Origin: Octopus sinensis
Taxonomy: Eukaryota
Direction: 5' to 3'
Assembly (NCBI RefSeq): GCF_006345805.1
Contig: NW_021835958.1
Coordinates: forward strand, 1-64,000
DNA: 64,000 nucleotides
Part shown: piece by piece, positions 62,216 to 64,000 of the stretch
How the letters are laid out: each line of letters begins with the position of its first letter
How positions within the stretch are numbered: the first letter of the stretch is position 1
Translations under genes and position numbers: made by a program
Notes under the pieces: model-generated
Databases searched by the model: none
What the model saw: only the letters and a program-made list of their open reading frames with translations
What the model was told of the DNA's origin: nothing

Positions 62216-63473
62216 ATCAGGTCATTAAGAATGAAATATCTGATTCTCTTATGCACTAAGTTTGACAGTCGTTAACTGTAATGTTTTATCCTAACAATTC
62301 TTTGTTTTATAACATTTAAGAATTACATCATCACTTTTCGAAATGCAATTCATGATGTCTGATTATATTGCCTCTTGTAAATCAATTTTTTTGAAACCAT
62401 GAATATATCAAAAATTCATGTTTATGAATATGAGTTCCATCATGGAACCAATGCATCTCAAACAGCTCGAAACATCAATGAGGTATTTGGTGAAGCTGTG
62501 GCGAGTGAGCGCACTATACATTGATGGTTTGAGAACTTCCAGTATGGTGACTTTACCCTCGAAAATCAACCCAATGGTAGACCTGAGACCAAGGTGGATA
62601 ATGATGAGCTGGAAACTGGCGGATACATCTCAAACTACGCGTGAATTAGCAGCAAAGTTTGATGCTTTCATTCAAACTATATTGGACCATCTCAAATAAA
62701 TTTGCAAGGTAAAGAAACTAGCCAAGTGGGTACCACATGAACTGAATGAGCATCAAATGACACGTCTTCAAAATTACTGTTCTTTGCTGTCATGGCATAA
62801 AAGCGAACCATTTTTGCATCGTATTGTTATGTGTGATGAAAAATGGATTTCTTTCAACAATAGCAAGTGTTCTGCACAGTGGTTGGATAGAGACAAAGTG
62901 CCAAAATACAGTTCAAAAAAAGAATATTCACCAAAAAAAGCTAATTGTGCCTGTTTGGTGGTCCAGCACTGGTGTCCTCCACTGCAGCTTCATGAGACCT
63001 GGTTAGTCAATTACAGCAGGCATATACATCAACCAGTACGATGAAATGATGAGTAAAATTGCAATTAAACAACAGGGATTGGTCAATAGAGACAGACCAA
63101 TACCCTTGCAAGGCAATGCTCGACTACATGTTGCACAAAGAACGCTACACAAGTTACAAGAACTGAACTTGGAAGTACTCTGTCATCCACCATATTCACC
63201 AGAACTTGCAACAACTGACTATCATGTTTTCCAGGCATTAGACAACTTTTTGCAAGGAAAAAACTTCAAAGATGTAAAAATAGCCTTTTGTGATTTCATA
63301 ACCTCTTGCTCCCCAGAATTCTTCGCAGCCAGCATAAATAAGCTACCGATAAAATGGCAAAACTGAGTTGATAATTTAGGTGCATACTTTGATTAATTGT
63401 ATTGCTTTTTGTTGAGATAAAGTAAAATAAGCTTTCAGTTCAAAATCAGACATTTCATTCTTAATGACCTGAT
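62216..63473 (+). mobile_element. Full-length (about 1258 bp) mariner DNA transposon, cecropia/Hsmar1-like
   Basis: 30-bp TIRs ATCAGGTCATTAAGAATGAAAT(A/G)TCTGATT at 62216-62245 and 63444-63473 (1 mismatch), TA-rich flanks, internal transposase. Confidence 0.93.
62399..63396 (+). pseudogene. Inactivated mariner DD34D transposase
   Basis: HTH-like N-terminus, KWVPHEL (62724-62744), RIVMCDEKW, QGNARLH (from HDNARPH, second catalytic D lost), YSPELATTDY, GAYFD*. Stops at 62522, 62697 and 63364 plus frameshifts. Confidence 0.93.
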
Positions 63474-63558
<85 letters not shown>

Positions 63559-64000
63559 CAGGCTTCTTTCATTTTCCATCTATCAAATCCACCCACAAGG
63601 CTTTAGTAGGTCCAAGGCTGTAGTAGAACACACTTGCCCAAGGTGCCACACAGTGGGACTGAACCCAGCATCATTTTGTTGGGAAGCAAGCTTCTTACCA
63701 CATAGCCACACTTGCATCTGCTTATTTTATTCGCGTGCATTCTTACAGAAAAGACATAACAGTGAATGTGTTGTGCTATGTATCCACAAAATTTATCTTT
63801 ACTATATTTTTATATCACAACACCTCTTATCTCCAAGTAATTGGTTTTAACTGGCACTAATGTTTCATATAGATTAGTCATAAACTGCTCTTAAAATGCT
63901 GGTACACAGTCAATTCTAAACTAACCACAATATTTTTAGTAGAGATAACGATTATGTTACTTAACTAAACCCTCATTTCTTATGGAGCAAAGGCCATCAA

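Overview
AT-rich, intron- and repeat-dense eukaryotic DNA. It is most likely an octopus or other coleoid cephalopod; I infer this from the SINE/MITE repertoire and long introns and have not proven it. The main feature is the 3' part of an Abl-family non-receptor tyrosine kinase gene on the + strand. Nine GT-AG coding exons (2048-45232, 3336 nt, 1111 aa plus stop, all phases compatible) encode the end of SH2, the linker, the full kinase domain, PxxP motifs, a long disordered tail and the F-actin-binding domain. SH3 and most of SH2 lie upstream of the window. The rest is tRNA-derived SINEs, TTAA-, hAT- and mariner-type MITEs, LINE fragments (Tx1/L1, R4/Dong RLE, RTE, I-group), one full-length dead cecropia-type mariner, minisatellites and microsatellites. 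Best leads: (1) a phase-compatible proline-rich alternative terminal exon hidden in the Abl 3' UTR; (2) an 88-bp near-perfect intronic hairpin made by inverted duplication; (3) a SINE whose 3' tail matches the 3' end of a Tx1/L1-type LINE in the same window; (4) a possible unannotated minus-strand gene converging on Abl. All coordinates and counts were done by hand; repeat boundaries are approximate.
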